A stretch of DNA of 64,000 nucleotides. It comes from a bacterium (GTDB lineage: Bacteria > Hinthialibacterota > Hinthialibacteria > Hinthialibacterales > Hinthialibacteraceae). Below, in pieces: positions 47,701-56,344 of this stretch. The notes beneath the pieces were generated by a model. The model did no database searches, was not told the origin of the DNA, and was given only the letters and a program-made list of their open reading frames with translations. The position numbers were made by a program, and so were the translations under genes. Location of the stretch: NCBI GenBank assembly GCA_963662285.2, contig CAXXMV010000002.1, positions 352,001 to 416,000 of the forward strand. The letters run 5' to 3'. Position 1 is the first letter of the stretch. The number at the start of each line of letters is the position of its first letter.

Positions 47701-49137
47701 CGGTTGGGGTATAGTCGTAATGAAATGTTGCGCAAATCATTGAATAATATCGTATCAGTAGACTGTCTTGGTTTTATTCCTGAGTGGTTCATGCAAATCG
47801 AACAACATGGATTCGCTGTTTTTGAATCGAAACATGTTAAGAAGGATGGTTCTATTGTTCCGGTTGAGGTCAATGCATGCATCTTTAATTTGAAAGGTCA
47901 AAAAGCCATTCTCTGCATCTGTCGTGACATTACTGAACGCAAACAGATTGAAAAAGAACGGCTTCTGTGTGAAGCGCAAATTCGGCAATCACGCAAAATG
48001 GAAGCTGTCGGCGAACTGGCCGGCGGAGTAGCGCACGATTTTAATAATTTTCTCCATGTCATCCAGGGTTATACCCAAATGGTCATGAAGGAACTCAGCC
48101 CGAATAACAAATCATACGAATATCTGGATAAAGCGATGAAAGCAGCTGAACGATCCGCCGATCTGACCCGGCAGTTATTGGCTTTCAGCCGCAGACAGGC
48201 GCTTAATAAGGAGTTGCTCGATTTCAATGCGCTGATATCTGAATTAGTTGCTATGTTAAGTCGTATTATTGGTGAACATATCGAAATAAGTCTTGATCTT
48301 TATCAAGAACTTGGCAGTATCCATGCTGATCCGGCTATGATGGAACAGATTCTTATGAATCTATGCGTTAATGCTAGAGATGCTATGCCGGATGGTGGGC
48401 GGTTGGATATTTCAACAGAAAATGTTGCGCTTTCTCAATCCTTCTGTGAAAAACAACTCTGGGCTAAACCTGGCGAATATGTTCTGTTGAAGGTTTGTGA
48501 TACTGGTTTTGGCATTGCGCCTGAAATCTTAGATAATATTTTTGAGCCGTTTTTTACAACTAAAGATCAGGGTAAAGGGACTGGTTTGGGTCTTTCTACG
48601 GTATATGGATGCGTCCGGCAGCACAATGGGCTTCTCAATGTAAAAAGTGCCATTGAAGAAGGTTCTGAGTTTTTAATTTACCTTCCTAGGGTTGAAGAAA
48701 CAATACCAATTGTTAAAAGCGTTCGAGAAGAAACCTCGATATACGGCGCTGAAACTATCCTTTTTGTTGATGATGAACCGATGGTGCGTGATTTGGCAGT
48801 ACAGGTACTTGAAGATAGTGGGTATACGGTTCTTTTGGCTTTTGATGGAAATGATGCATTGAGCGTCTTTGAAGAGAATGCTAATTCTATCGACTTGATT
48901 ATACTTGATTTAATTATGCCCAAGATGAACGGTATAGAAGTTTATAATAAGATTATAAACCAGTGGGGCGAAACAAGAGTTCTCTTTAGTAGTGGATATA
49001 GTTCTGAAATTTCTAAAGTAATGGATAATGGAGATGATTTCTATACTATTTCCAAGCCATATGCTCCCGCCATCCTTCTTCGAGCGGTACGCGAGGCGCT
49101 TGATTCAGAGAAAATCACTACAGAAAAGAATGCTTAG
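44773..49137 (+). CDS. Hybrid sensor histidine kinase: periplasmic Reg_prop beta-propellers, TM, 2 PAS, HisKA, HATPase, REC
   Basis: DGLxxxxV / LPSNDV / WFGT repeats; PAS (YISPA...GY, HEEDR; DITERK); H-box GGVAHDFNN; NLCVNARDAM; FEPFFTTK-GKGTGLGL; REC VDDE...DLIMPKMNG. Start uncertain. Confidence 0.93.
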   Translation: MLDILTSMRYTLGVAYGILFSLRFRNRWIFLIIISCFLADSLFADINNLTHRAFYPSDGLAYEVVRDIYKTPDGVVWFATWGGGISSLDKTKWKTYTTKNDLPSNDVRVLMVDSYENLWAGTADGMAVLHQGKWTKILCDIYNDFLFNIFSITEIHPGTIWIGLEKGFILQYKWSNDASLKDSSPSFLNGSWTLILNPKDSGDQDIRDIRRMKNGEIWVALEFGGILVYADQQWRLLDGIKCPKSARSIFQRRDGSIWVATDGSLCKYDGCDWEIILDDDSETLYVSETVNGELCVGGKTGFKIYSNETWLQPAFVRDIPYPYIESISCFDDGTIWLGSRYGAHLLSYCSWFLYNHLTDGASLNGNVFYADPDTPPAAVDSEGRLQRFLNDAWTPTAFLGADVKEAKESTKAYDGRIWILSGDKVVQVSLTDNILLQSVKIPEEKSLSHHLFQSSKGRLFLYGKKGAYEFVDNAWIPQPSYPFYERKSLLCMEETEDGSIIAGLDFSFEIWRSDKYEEIDLEEGKRVLHPLWTSYRDKSNTLWFGTSGSGVIQYKDGAVSQHITTEDGLISNRISCFYEASDNALWVGSFALGVSFLYDNRWVNYTRSDGLANDRVMAIGEYPKGVIWISVNNAGIFRNNYSTDAPEAKIEKYPTQVFPNGRGIFYVSGIDAWKKTKQSDLFFSWRIVPNKAESSIIPWSSFNKESVIVTHRLNPGEYIFQVRVADSDRNIDPTPAEVHFVTLPYLWQTAEFLLPVSLLFMIAVTAVYIGIQKRYAMLESEKKYRELVESIDDIVYSTDESGIITYISPAVEDSVGYKPSQLIGQSFDCFVHEEDRENIYQGFKSLLDGNIKAGEYRFICRSGEIIWLRTSSHPTYENDRIVGVSGIAANITDRKMAEDALQKAKDELSKRVVERTAELLNANMTLKEEILVRQQAQIDLERSEKKFRTLFDHAGDDIFILDFERRILEANQGVCLRLGYSRNEMLRKSLNNIVSVDCLGFIPEWFMQIEQHGFAVFESKHVKKDGSIVPVEVNACIFNLKGQKAILCICRDITERKQIEKERLLCEAQIRQSRKMEAVGELAGGVAHDFNNFLHVIQGYTQMVMKELSPNNKSYEYLDKAMKAAERSADLTRQLLAFSRRQALNKELLDFNALISELVAMLSRIIGEHIEISLDLYQELGSIHADPAMMEQILMNLCVNARDAMPDGGRLDISTENVALSQSFCEKQLWAKPGEYVLLKVCDTGFGIAPEILDNIFEPFFTTKDQGKGTGLGLSTVYGCVRQHNGLLNVKSAIEEGSEFLIYLPRVEETIPIVKSVREETSIYGAETILFVDDEPMVRDLAVQVLEDSGYTVLLAFDGNDALSVFEENANSIDLIILDLIMPKMNGIEVYNKIINQWGETRVLFSSGYSSEISKVMDNGDDFYTISKPYAPAILLRAVREALDSEKITTEKNA

Positions 49138-49181
49138 ATATGTTCTCGAAAAGCGTTCTGTTTTGTGCAAATATCACTATC

Positions 49182-51323
49182 CTATTGAGCATATCCCAAT
49201 GAGCGTAGATGGTCTATCATAGCTGGATCAATTGGTTCAAGGATTTCTGTTAAAGAACCAAACTCTTCAGATAATAATTCGTTGGACTGAATTCTCTCTC
49301 CGATATCTTTTTCAGACATTCTTTTTACCAATGCACTTAAAAGATTAATAATGTTGACCTCGAAATCAGGATCATCTTGCATTCTCTCAATTGCTTCTGC
49401 GTTATCTTTTTCTCTCTTGATCCATAAGGAAAGGTCTTCTGGCGTTGGTATGTTTTTTTGACAGGAGTTTTGCTTAATGTTTGCTAAATTGCCATTCTCG
49501 AACGGAGGCATAGCGGCTACAAATTCTGTTTGAGTATTATTATTTTCAGCGCCGAAATGGAAATGTCCCAGAGGAGTGAATTCCTGGTGGTCATTAACAC
49601 GGTCTATAATCCATACGCGATCAGTTCTAATGCTGAACTTTTTGTTGAAACTTCTGGTTTGCAGTTCCCAAATGATTTTATATTTATCATTCCAGGCCGA
49701 TATCGCATTCCCGAATGCTGCATCAGCGGTATGGATGTCGCGCAATTTTTGCTTAGGATTCTTCCACAGAGATTCGATGCTATCTCCGGTAAAAAGGTCT
49801 TGTGCTATTGGATGATTAGATTCACCAATAAGGTCCAGGATAGTCGGCGCAATATCGATTCCACTGACGCTTTGCTCAATATGCACGCCGCCGGGTATCA
49901 GTTTAGGGCATGAAGCGATCAATGGAACATGAATGTCCTGGTTATGCATTGTCCAGTGATCGAAATAGATGCCTCTCTCTCCAAAGTTCTCTCCGTGATC
50001 TGCTGTAAGAATAACGATAGTGTTATTTATAATCTGCATTTGGCGCATGGATTCCATCAGCCTGCCGATCTGCTGGTCAGTGCTGGTTATTTCTGCGCCG
50101 TATTCTTTTTTGAAATATTCCAGGTCGGTGAATCCCGCAGCCCATTGCGGGGCATTACCAAAGGGGAAAACCGCTTGATCCATAGAGTGATGTTCCGGTG
50201 ATTTTGGATCGCCTTTGTAATACATCTTGTGATAATTCCCATCAGCCTCGTATGGCGTATGTGGATTGAAATAATGCAGCCATAAAAAGAAAGGGCGTTC
50301 CCGCGGCTGTTCCATGAGTTCTATTGCCGCGCTGGTTGTCATGGAATCGGGGCGAATCTTAATCTTCTCGCTCGGTTTATCGTATATATCGAATCCTTGT
50401 TTAAGACCGGTCATGATATTATCAAGATGCCACACGCTCATAACGGCCTGCGTTTCATAACCCAGTTCTCTCAATATAAATGGTAATGAGGGCAGCGAGC
50501 GATTCAGCCGTTCCATATTATCAATAATTCCATGAACGTAGGGATGCACTGATGTGAAAATTGATAAATGCGCTGGATTGGTATAGCACGACGCAGAATA
50601 GGCTTTTTCAAATATAACGCCGCTTTGAGCCAGTGCGTCTATGGCTGGCGTCTGAACCCATGGATTCCCGTAACACCCCAGAAAATCAGCGCGTACTGTA
50701 TCGAAGGTTATTAATACAATATTGGGACGATCCGTTTGCTTTACTGGAACTTGACGGCCTTTAGATATAATGCGGGGGCTGCCCCATAAACCCCAATCGC
50801 TGTTGGCATTTCTGGAATCTACTTTTTCTCCAATCAGCGTTTCAAACCGAACTGTGGATTTTGTATTCTCGAACTGATTAAGTTCGATCTCTTCATTAAA
50901 CCAACAGCGATGTTCAGGATTTTTCTTGGGATCAATATATCTCGAATAAACTAATTCCGGGGCGCCTTCATCTGGTTCAATGTAAATCTGAAAGCGGATT
51001 CCGTCTCCAGCGCTTTTCCATGCGCCGGGCGCAACTCCTATAGAGAAAGCAATTTTTGCTTTAGCGCCGAGGAATATATCCTTGAAACGCAGCTGGCATG
51101 GAGCATGTTGAAAGATTCCCCATTGGGAATAATCCTCAATCTCAAAACGGGCGGCATGAACATAATCTGGTTTTGAGGCTTGATATTCGCCTTTGTCGAA
51201 AAGGTGAACAAAATCAATCTCTGTATTTATGGTCGCAACCTGCTTGCCGCAGGCGGAAAGTAAACCGAGTAGAGCCAATATTAGTAATTTAATGTGTGAT
51301 CTCCACAAAATATTATTTGTCAT
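49182..51323 (-). CDS. Sulfatase-like hydrolase/transferase lipoprotein with N-terminal beta-sandwich domain
   Basis: Lipobox LLSA|C; PNIVLITFDTVRAD; YTNPAH (Thr at the nucleophile position rather than CxPxR); PFFLWLHYFNPH; TADHGE; C-terminal LRSLGY. Confidence 0.85.
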   Translation of the reverse strand: MTNNILWRSHIKLLILALLGLLSACGKQVATINTEIDFVHLFDKGEYQASKPDYVHAARFEIEDYSQWGIFQHAPCQLRFKDIFLGAKAKIAFSIGVAPGAWKSAGDGIRFQIYIEPDEGAPELVYSRYIDPKKNPEHRCWFNEEIELNQFENTKSTVRFETLIGEKVDSRNANSDWGLWGSPRIISKGRQVPVKQTDRPNIVLITFDTVRADFLGCYGNPWVQTPAIDALAQSGVIFEKAYSASCYTNPAHLSIFTSVHPYVHGIIDNMERLNRSLPSLPFILRELGYETQAVMSVWHLDNIMTGLKQGFDIYDKPSEKIKIRPDSMTTSAAIELMEQPRERPFFLWLHYFNPHTPYEADGNYHKMYYKGDPKSPEHHSMDQAVFPFGNAPQWAAGFTDLEYFKKEYGAEITSTDQQIGRLMESMRQMQIINNTIVILTADHGENFGERGIYFDHWTMHNQDIHVPLIASCPKLIPGGVHIEQSVSGIDIAPTILDLIGESNHPIAQDLFTGDSIESLWKNPKQKLRDIHTADAAFGNAISAWNDKYKIIWELQTRSFNKKFSIRTDRVWIIDRVNDHQEFTPLGHFHFGAENNNTQTEFVAAMPPFENGNLANIKQNSCQKNIPTPEDLSLWIKREKDNAEAIERMQDDPDFEVNIINLLSALVKRMSEKDIGERIQSNELLSEEFGSLTEILEPIDPAMIDHLRSLGYAQ

Positions 51324-51725
51324 GTCTCCCAAATCCCTTGGATTAGAGTATTTTATAATCAGTCTTGATGATTTATTTAATGATTACTTAGTTGTTTTAA
51401 TGATTGTACACGATCAATTTATTATTCCATAATGGTAACCACTATTAGATTCATTTGATGAATTTTATGGGATATGCAGGTTGCCAGCGTATTTATAAAT
51501 GTTTTTCTTATTAAAATTCAAGATTTGTGATCATATTATAGTTGCTCTTTAAGTTTTGGATCGTTAACCTGTTGTAAGAAGGCTGTATTTCTTCGTCTAA
51601 AAAATGATTTTTATTGTTTAAAATTATCTGTATTACATTCGTGACTGGAATATAATACATGTTATATACGTCGATAAATAGTAATAGTAAAAAAGTGTTA
51701 TCCATAAAGGATTGAAAATAAAACA

Positions 51726-53135
51726 ATGCGTACTCTAATGGCTTTCTCAATAATGGCTTTGTTGGCAGCGTCTCCGGTATTGCTGTTTGCGCAGGACGAC
51801 CAATCCAAACCGGTGGTATACTTCATTCCCTTTGAGGGAGAAGTTGAGATCGGCTTATCAACAGTTCTTAAAAAAGGTTTTAAAGAAGCCGACCAACAAC
51901 GCGCTACTTATATTTTTCTAGAAATGAATACCCCCGGCGGACGCGTCGATGCCGCGCTGGATATAGTCGATCTTATTCTAAATAGCAAAATTCCTGTAGC
52001 GGTATATGTAAAGGATGGCGCAACATCCGCCGGAGCGATTATCAGTCTCGCCGCTGACAATGTCTTCATGAGTGGAGAAAAACTCTCCACCATCGGAACG
52101 GCTTCTCCGGTTCTGGGCGGCGGAGGCGCTTCAAACGAAACTATGGAGGCTAAAGCGCTTTCTTATGTCCTGGCTAAAGTGAGGGCTATTTGTGAAGAAA
52201 AAGGCTTCGATGAACGAAAAATCGAACTTGCTCTAGCCATGGTCGACAAGGAAATGGAAGTGAAAGATAGTAATGGGGATGTGATTTCAGCCAAAGGAAC
52301 GCCTCTGACCTTAACCGCCAAAGAAGCCTTGAAATATGGTTTTATCACCAGCATCGTCAGTAATCGCGAGGAAGCCTTAGCCTATCTTGGGCTTCAAGAC
52401 GCCATACAAATCTTTCGTCAAGAACACGTTTCGGAACGTATAGGCCGATTTCTCTCCAGTATGATGGTGACCAGTCTAATGCTGAGCATCGCTTTTCTGG
52501 GAATATTCATCGAATTCAGATCGCCTGGTTTTGGTTTACCGGGGCTTGTCGGCATTATCGCTTTGGTTCTATTCTTTTGGGGGCATCATATCGCCGGTTT
52601 GGCGGGTCTGGAGGTTCCAATTCTTTTCTTGATTGGAGTATTTCTACTATTTTTAGAATTATTCGTCATTCCCGGCTTTGGATTAACGGGGATTTTCGGC
52701 ATTCTTTTCATTATGTCTTCAATTGTGGTTACTTTGCTCGAACAATCCATTACCAGCCCTCATTTCTACTATGTGGTTGGGTGGGGAGATGTCCTTTATG
52801 CCACAGGCATCACCATGGTTACTATGCTGATTGGTATTACTGGCGCTTTATTGGTTCCATTCATGATACCGGTTTTTGCCAAAGCTCCTTTCGGCTCATG
52901 GTTGTATCTAAAGCAAATTGAAGACAAAGCGAGCGGTTATCATTCTGCTGAAGATGGTCTGGATTTACTTAATGGAAAAGAAGGCATCGCTAGAACCAAT
53001 CTGCGGCCGGCTGGCATCGTCGAGATTGAAGGACGCCGGGTGGATGTCGTCAGTCAGGGCGGCTATATTTCTCTCAATTCTCCTGTTAGGGTTATTAAAG
53101 TCGAAGGTCGGCGCGTTGTTGTGCAACTTTTATAA
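51726..53135 (+). CDS. nfeD: NfeD family membrane-bound ClpP-class serine protease (long form)
   Basis: MNTPGG, ATSAGAII, LTLTA-x-EA, EFRSPGFG, ELFVIPGFG, C-terminal OB fold LRPAG...VDVV. Confidence 0.9.
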   Translation: MRTLMAFSIMALLAASPVLLFAQDDQSKPVVYFIPFEGEVEIGLSTVLKKGFKEADQQRATYIFLEMNTPGGRVDAALDIVDLILNSKIPVAVYVKDGATSAGAIISLAADNVFMSGEKLSTIGTASPVLGGGGASNETMEAKALSYVLAKVRAICEEKGFDERKIELALAMVDKEMEVKDSNGDVISAKGTPLTLTAKEALKYGFITSIVSNREEALAYLGLQDAIQIFRQEHVSERIGRFLSSMMVTSLMLSIAFLGIFIEFRSPGFGLPGLVGIIALVLFFWGHHIAGLAGLEVPILFLIGVFLLFLELFVIPGFGLTGIFGILFIMSSIVVTLLEQSITSPHFYYVVGWGDVLYATGITMVTMLIGITGALLVPFMIPVFAKAPFGSWLYLKQIEDKASGYHSAEDGLDLLNGKEGIARTNLRPAGIVEIEGRRVDVVSQGGYISLNSPVRVIKVEGRRVVVQLL

Positions 53136-53159
53136 AAAGAATATCTTACGAGGATAGTT

Positions 53160-53639
53160 ATGGTTATCTTTATTATTGTTCTTCTCTTACTAGGGCTTTT
53201 CTTTATTTTCCTTGAATTATTTGTTCCAGGCGGCATAGTTGGTTCCATTGGCGCCATTCTAATGGGAACTGCCATCATAATGTGTTTTTATCACTATGGT
53301 CCTTCTACCGGAATTGCCGTCTTTCTGGGAAGCTGTGTTGTGTCTGTGATTGCGATTGTTTTGTTTATAAAATTATTTCCTCACACTGCTGAAGGAAAAT
53401 GGATTATTATGAGTAATACGCTAGTCAAAGCCAAAGGTTCTCACTCTGATACGGCTGCGCATGAAAGTCTTATTGGCGTAGAAGGGATTTCTGAAAGCGA
53501 ACTGCGGCCAGTGGGAATCGCTACCGTTAATGGTCAACGCCTGGATGTTATGACCGAAGGGGATTTCGTTGAACCGAATACCCCGGTCCGCGTTTTGCGG
53601 GTGGATGGCAACCGAATTGTTGTCGAACGATCTGCATAA
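53160..53639 (+). CDS. Short NfeD-like protein (TM + OB fold)
   Basis: ELFVPGG, LIGVEG-xxxx-ELRPVG, RLDV-x-[11 protein letters not shown]. Confidence 0.85.
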   Translation: MVIFIIVLLLLGLFFIFLELFVPGGIVGSIGAILMGTAIIMCFYHYGPSTGIAVFLGSCVVSVIAIVLFIKLFPHTAEGKWIIMSNTLVKAKGSHSDTAAHESLIGVEGISESELRPVGIATVNGQRLDVMTEGDFVEPNTPVRVLRVDGNRIVVERSA

Positions 53640-53704
53640 TATGCATAATAAAAGAATATCAAATAAATGTACTAAATATTAATGCGACAAATCAAAAAAG
53701 GAGA

Positions 53705-54730
53705 ATGATTATGGATGGTCTCGAAGGATTGTGGGTGCTTTTACTGATTCTGTTTTTTATAGTTATGTGCGTGTTCGTATATTTCGTACCTGTCAGATTA
53801 TGGGTTGCGGCGTTTACTGCGGGGGTCAAGGTTTCCATATTTTCGCTGATTGGGATGCGTCTTCGCCGGGTTCCTCCCAGCATGATCGTCAATCCTCTGA
53901 TTAATGCTACCAAAGCCGGATTGGATCTAAACACTGATATGCTTGAAGCTCATTATCTATCTGGCGGTAATGTATATCAGGTAATTCAGGCTCTGATTTC
54001 TGCCGATAAAGCCAACATCCCGCTTACTTTTGAGCGTGCGGCAGCTATAGACCTTGCCGGGCGTGATGTCTTTGAAGCCGTTCAGATGTCAGTTCGGCCA
54101 AAGGTTATTGATGCTCCTGATTCCACCAAGGGGCCCGATAAAGTTGCGGCTGTTGCGATGGATGGAATCCAATTAAGGGCCAAGGCCAAAGTGACGGTTA
54201 AAGCTAACCTTGATCGCCTGGTCGGCGGCGCCACTGAAGAAACCATTATCGCCCGCGTCGGCGAAGGAATCGTCACTACAATCGGTTCTTCTAAATCGCA
54301 TAAAACTGTTCTCGAAAATCCTGATTTGATTTCCAAAAACGTTTTGAGCAAAGGGCTTGATTCCGGTACGGGATTTGAGATTCTATCCATTGATATCGCT
54401 GATGTAGATGTTGGCGATAATATCGGCGCCAAATTGCAGATTGATCAAGCTAACGCCGACAAGCAGATCGCCCAGGCTAAAGCGGAAGAGCGTAAAGCAA
54501 TGGCTATTGCTCAAGAACAGGAAATGCGCGCCCGCGTCGAAGAAATGCGCGCCCGCGTCGTCGAGGCTGAAGCGCAGGTTCCTCTTGCTATCGCTGATGC
54601 TTTTCGCTCTGGTAAATTTGGAGTTATGGATTATTACAACATGAAGAATGTCATAGCTGATACGGAAATGCGGCAATCAATTGCCAGTCCACCAAATAGC
54701 AAGACGGATATGGATGATCCTAAAAGTTAA
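53705..54730 (+). CDS. floA: Flotillin-like protein FloA (YqfA)
   Basis: [72 protein letters not shown]. Confidence 0.95.
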   Translation: MIMDGLEGLWVLLLILFFIVMCVFVYFVPVRLWVAAFTAGVKVSIFSLIGMRLRRVPPSMIVNPLINATKAGLDLNTDMLEAHYLSGGNVYQVIQALISADKANIPLTFERAAAIDLAGRDVFEAVQMSVRPKVIDAPDSTKGPDKVAAVAMDGIQLRAKAKVTVKANLDRLVGGATEETIIARVGEGIVTTIGSSKSHKTVLENPDLISKNVLSKGLDSGTGFEILSIDIADVDVGDNIGAKLQIDQANADKQIAQAKAEERKAMAIAQEQEMRARVEEMRARVVEAEAQVPLAIADAFRSGKFGVMDYYNMKNVIADTEMRQSIASPPNSKTDMDDPKS

Positions 54731-54779
54731 TAGTTCTGTATAAGAACAACTTTATCTTTAAGATTCAAATAGCATCATA

Positions 54780-54997
54780 TATAGCGGTTAATAAAAGTTT
54801 ATATGTATTGAAATCTCTGGATTAGTCCAAAGCCTGATATTTTCGGGCTTTGGACTAAGTAGTGAGGCTAACTCATTATGTCAGGCGACCTCGTCCCCTC
54901 TCCCTCTGGGGCTATGGTGAGGGGGAATTACAGAAAACCGTCTGACAAAAGAAATTGGTCGAACTACTAGAGCCAAGCTTATTTTGAGCATCACTCA
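54780..54997. mobile_element. Composite MITE-like element with a nested inner inverted-repeat element
   Basis: Outer ends TATAGCGGTTAA and TTATTTTGAGCATCACTC match the 20560-20609 element. Hairpin at 54822-54858; inner imperfect 30-bp inverted repeats at 54858-54887 and 54939-54968. Confidence 0.55.
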
Positions 54998-55280
54998 TTT
55001 CTCCCTATCCTAAGGCATGTCTTTTGCTGTCGGTTAGCGACATATTTAGGTTATCGTTAACGCGGCTGTTTTTTTTACAAGGCTTTGAACTATTGAAAAC
55101 TGGGTAGAACCATCCTGATGACCTTGAATTTTCCTCTTATGACTTTAAAATCACTCACTCTACGGAATTAACATGCTGAAATTACCAGCGTTACAAATGA
55201 TTTTATTTCTGCGGTTAATTACTCTTTCTATTAGAGTACCTATAATACTGTTTCTTTTACACTTAAATTGGAGATAACCC

Positions 55281-56186
55281 GTGCGTTGTATTGTCTTGGT
55301 TAAACAAGTGCCGGATACAAAAAATATTACCACTGAAACCATGAAAGCTGATGGTACGGTCAACCGTGCTGCGCTTCCAGCGGTATTCAATCCCGATGAT
55401 CTTTGCGCTCTCGAACTGGCTCTTCAGGTTCGCGACCAATATGGCGGCGAAGTTCATGTGATTACAATGGGGCCTCCACGAGCGGTGGATATTCTTCGCG
55501 ACGCTTTGTGCAGAGGCGCGGATGAGGCTTTTCTGATAACGGATCGCCGCTTCGCTGCGGCTGATACGCTTGCCACATCATATACTCTGTGTAAGGCTAT
55601 ACAGAAATTGGGCGACTACGACCTGGTTTTCTGCGGCAGCCAGGCGATTGATGGCGACACTGCGCAAGTCGGTCCACAGGTTGCTGAAAAAATGGGGCTT
55701 CCCCAGGTAACCTATGCTCAGGAAATCACTATCGAAGACGGTAAACTTCTTGTTCGTCGTGAAGTTGAAGGCGGATACGAAATCCTGAAACTTTCTGCTC
55801 CCGCTTTGATTACCGTCGCTGGTGGTTATGTTCTTCCTCGTCCCAAAAACGCTATGCGTATGATTCAATACAGAAATGCAACGACTTATCTTTCTGTACC
55901 TTCTCAAATTCAAGATAAATACCCTGATCTTTCTGAGGAAGAACTGAATAACAAGGTTGATCAACATACGCAATTCCTTAAAGATAAAGGTCTTTTGATT
56001 GATGTCTTGACGGCGGATGACATAAATGTTGAGGATGAGCGGATTGGAAAAGCCGGCTCTCCGACATTAGTCTGGAAAGTTCAAACAGTTACTTTGCAGA
56101 CTTCAGAATGTAAAGAAATCGAATCTAACGAGAGTGGAATTAATTCATTAATGCGGGAACTGCTTGATGATCGCGTGCTTGGTTAG
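55281..56186 (+). CDS. etfB: Electron transfer flavoprotein beta subunit
   Basis: VKQVPDT, FNPDD, TMGPP, AADTLATS, CGSQAIDGDTAQVGPQVAE, GSPT. GTG start with GGAG RBS. Confidence 0.93.
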   Translation: MRCIVLVKQVPDTKNITTETMKADGTVNRAALPAVFNPDDLCALELALQVRDQYGGEVHVITMGPPRAVDILRDALCRGADEAFLITDRRFAAADTLATSYTLCKAIQKLGDYDLVFCGSQAIDGDTAQVGPQVAEKMGLPQVTYAQEITIEDGKLLVRREVEGGYEILKLSAPALITVAGGYVLPRPKNAMRMIQYRNATTYLSVPSQIQDKYPDLSEEELNNKVDQHTQFLKDKGLLIDVLTADDINVEDERIGKAGSPTLVWKVQTVTLQTSECKEIESNESGINSLMRELLDDRVLG

Positions 56187-56298
56187 AGCGACTCTTAAAA
56201 AACGTGCGCCAAGGTGGTTGTTAAAAGTTCCCAAAAGATGAAACTTTTAACAAATCAAATGTTTTCAATGCGTGTATAATTTTTATTAACCGCATTAT
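56184..56298. mobile_element. MITE-like element between etfB and etfA
   Basis: Begins TAGAGCGACTCTTAAAAAACGTGCGCCAAGGTGGTTGTTAA (its TAG is the etfB stop) and ends TTTTATTAACCGC. Both ends are homologous to the copies at 20560 and 54780. Internal hairpin TTGTTAAAAGTT...AACTTTTAACAA. Confidence 0.6.
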
Positions 56299-56344
56299 TC
56301 GCTTCATTTATTAACAAGAACTTTAATTGGGATAAGACTTCATT

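Noticed and set aside
54522-54561. Direct repeat GAAATGCGCGCCCGCGTCG x2 in floA
   Set aside because: It encodes the [13 protein letters not shown] coiled-coil repeat normal for FloA; it is not a mobile or CRISPR repeat.
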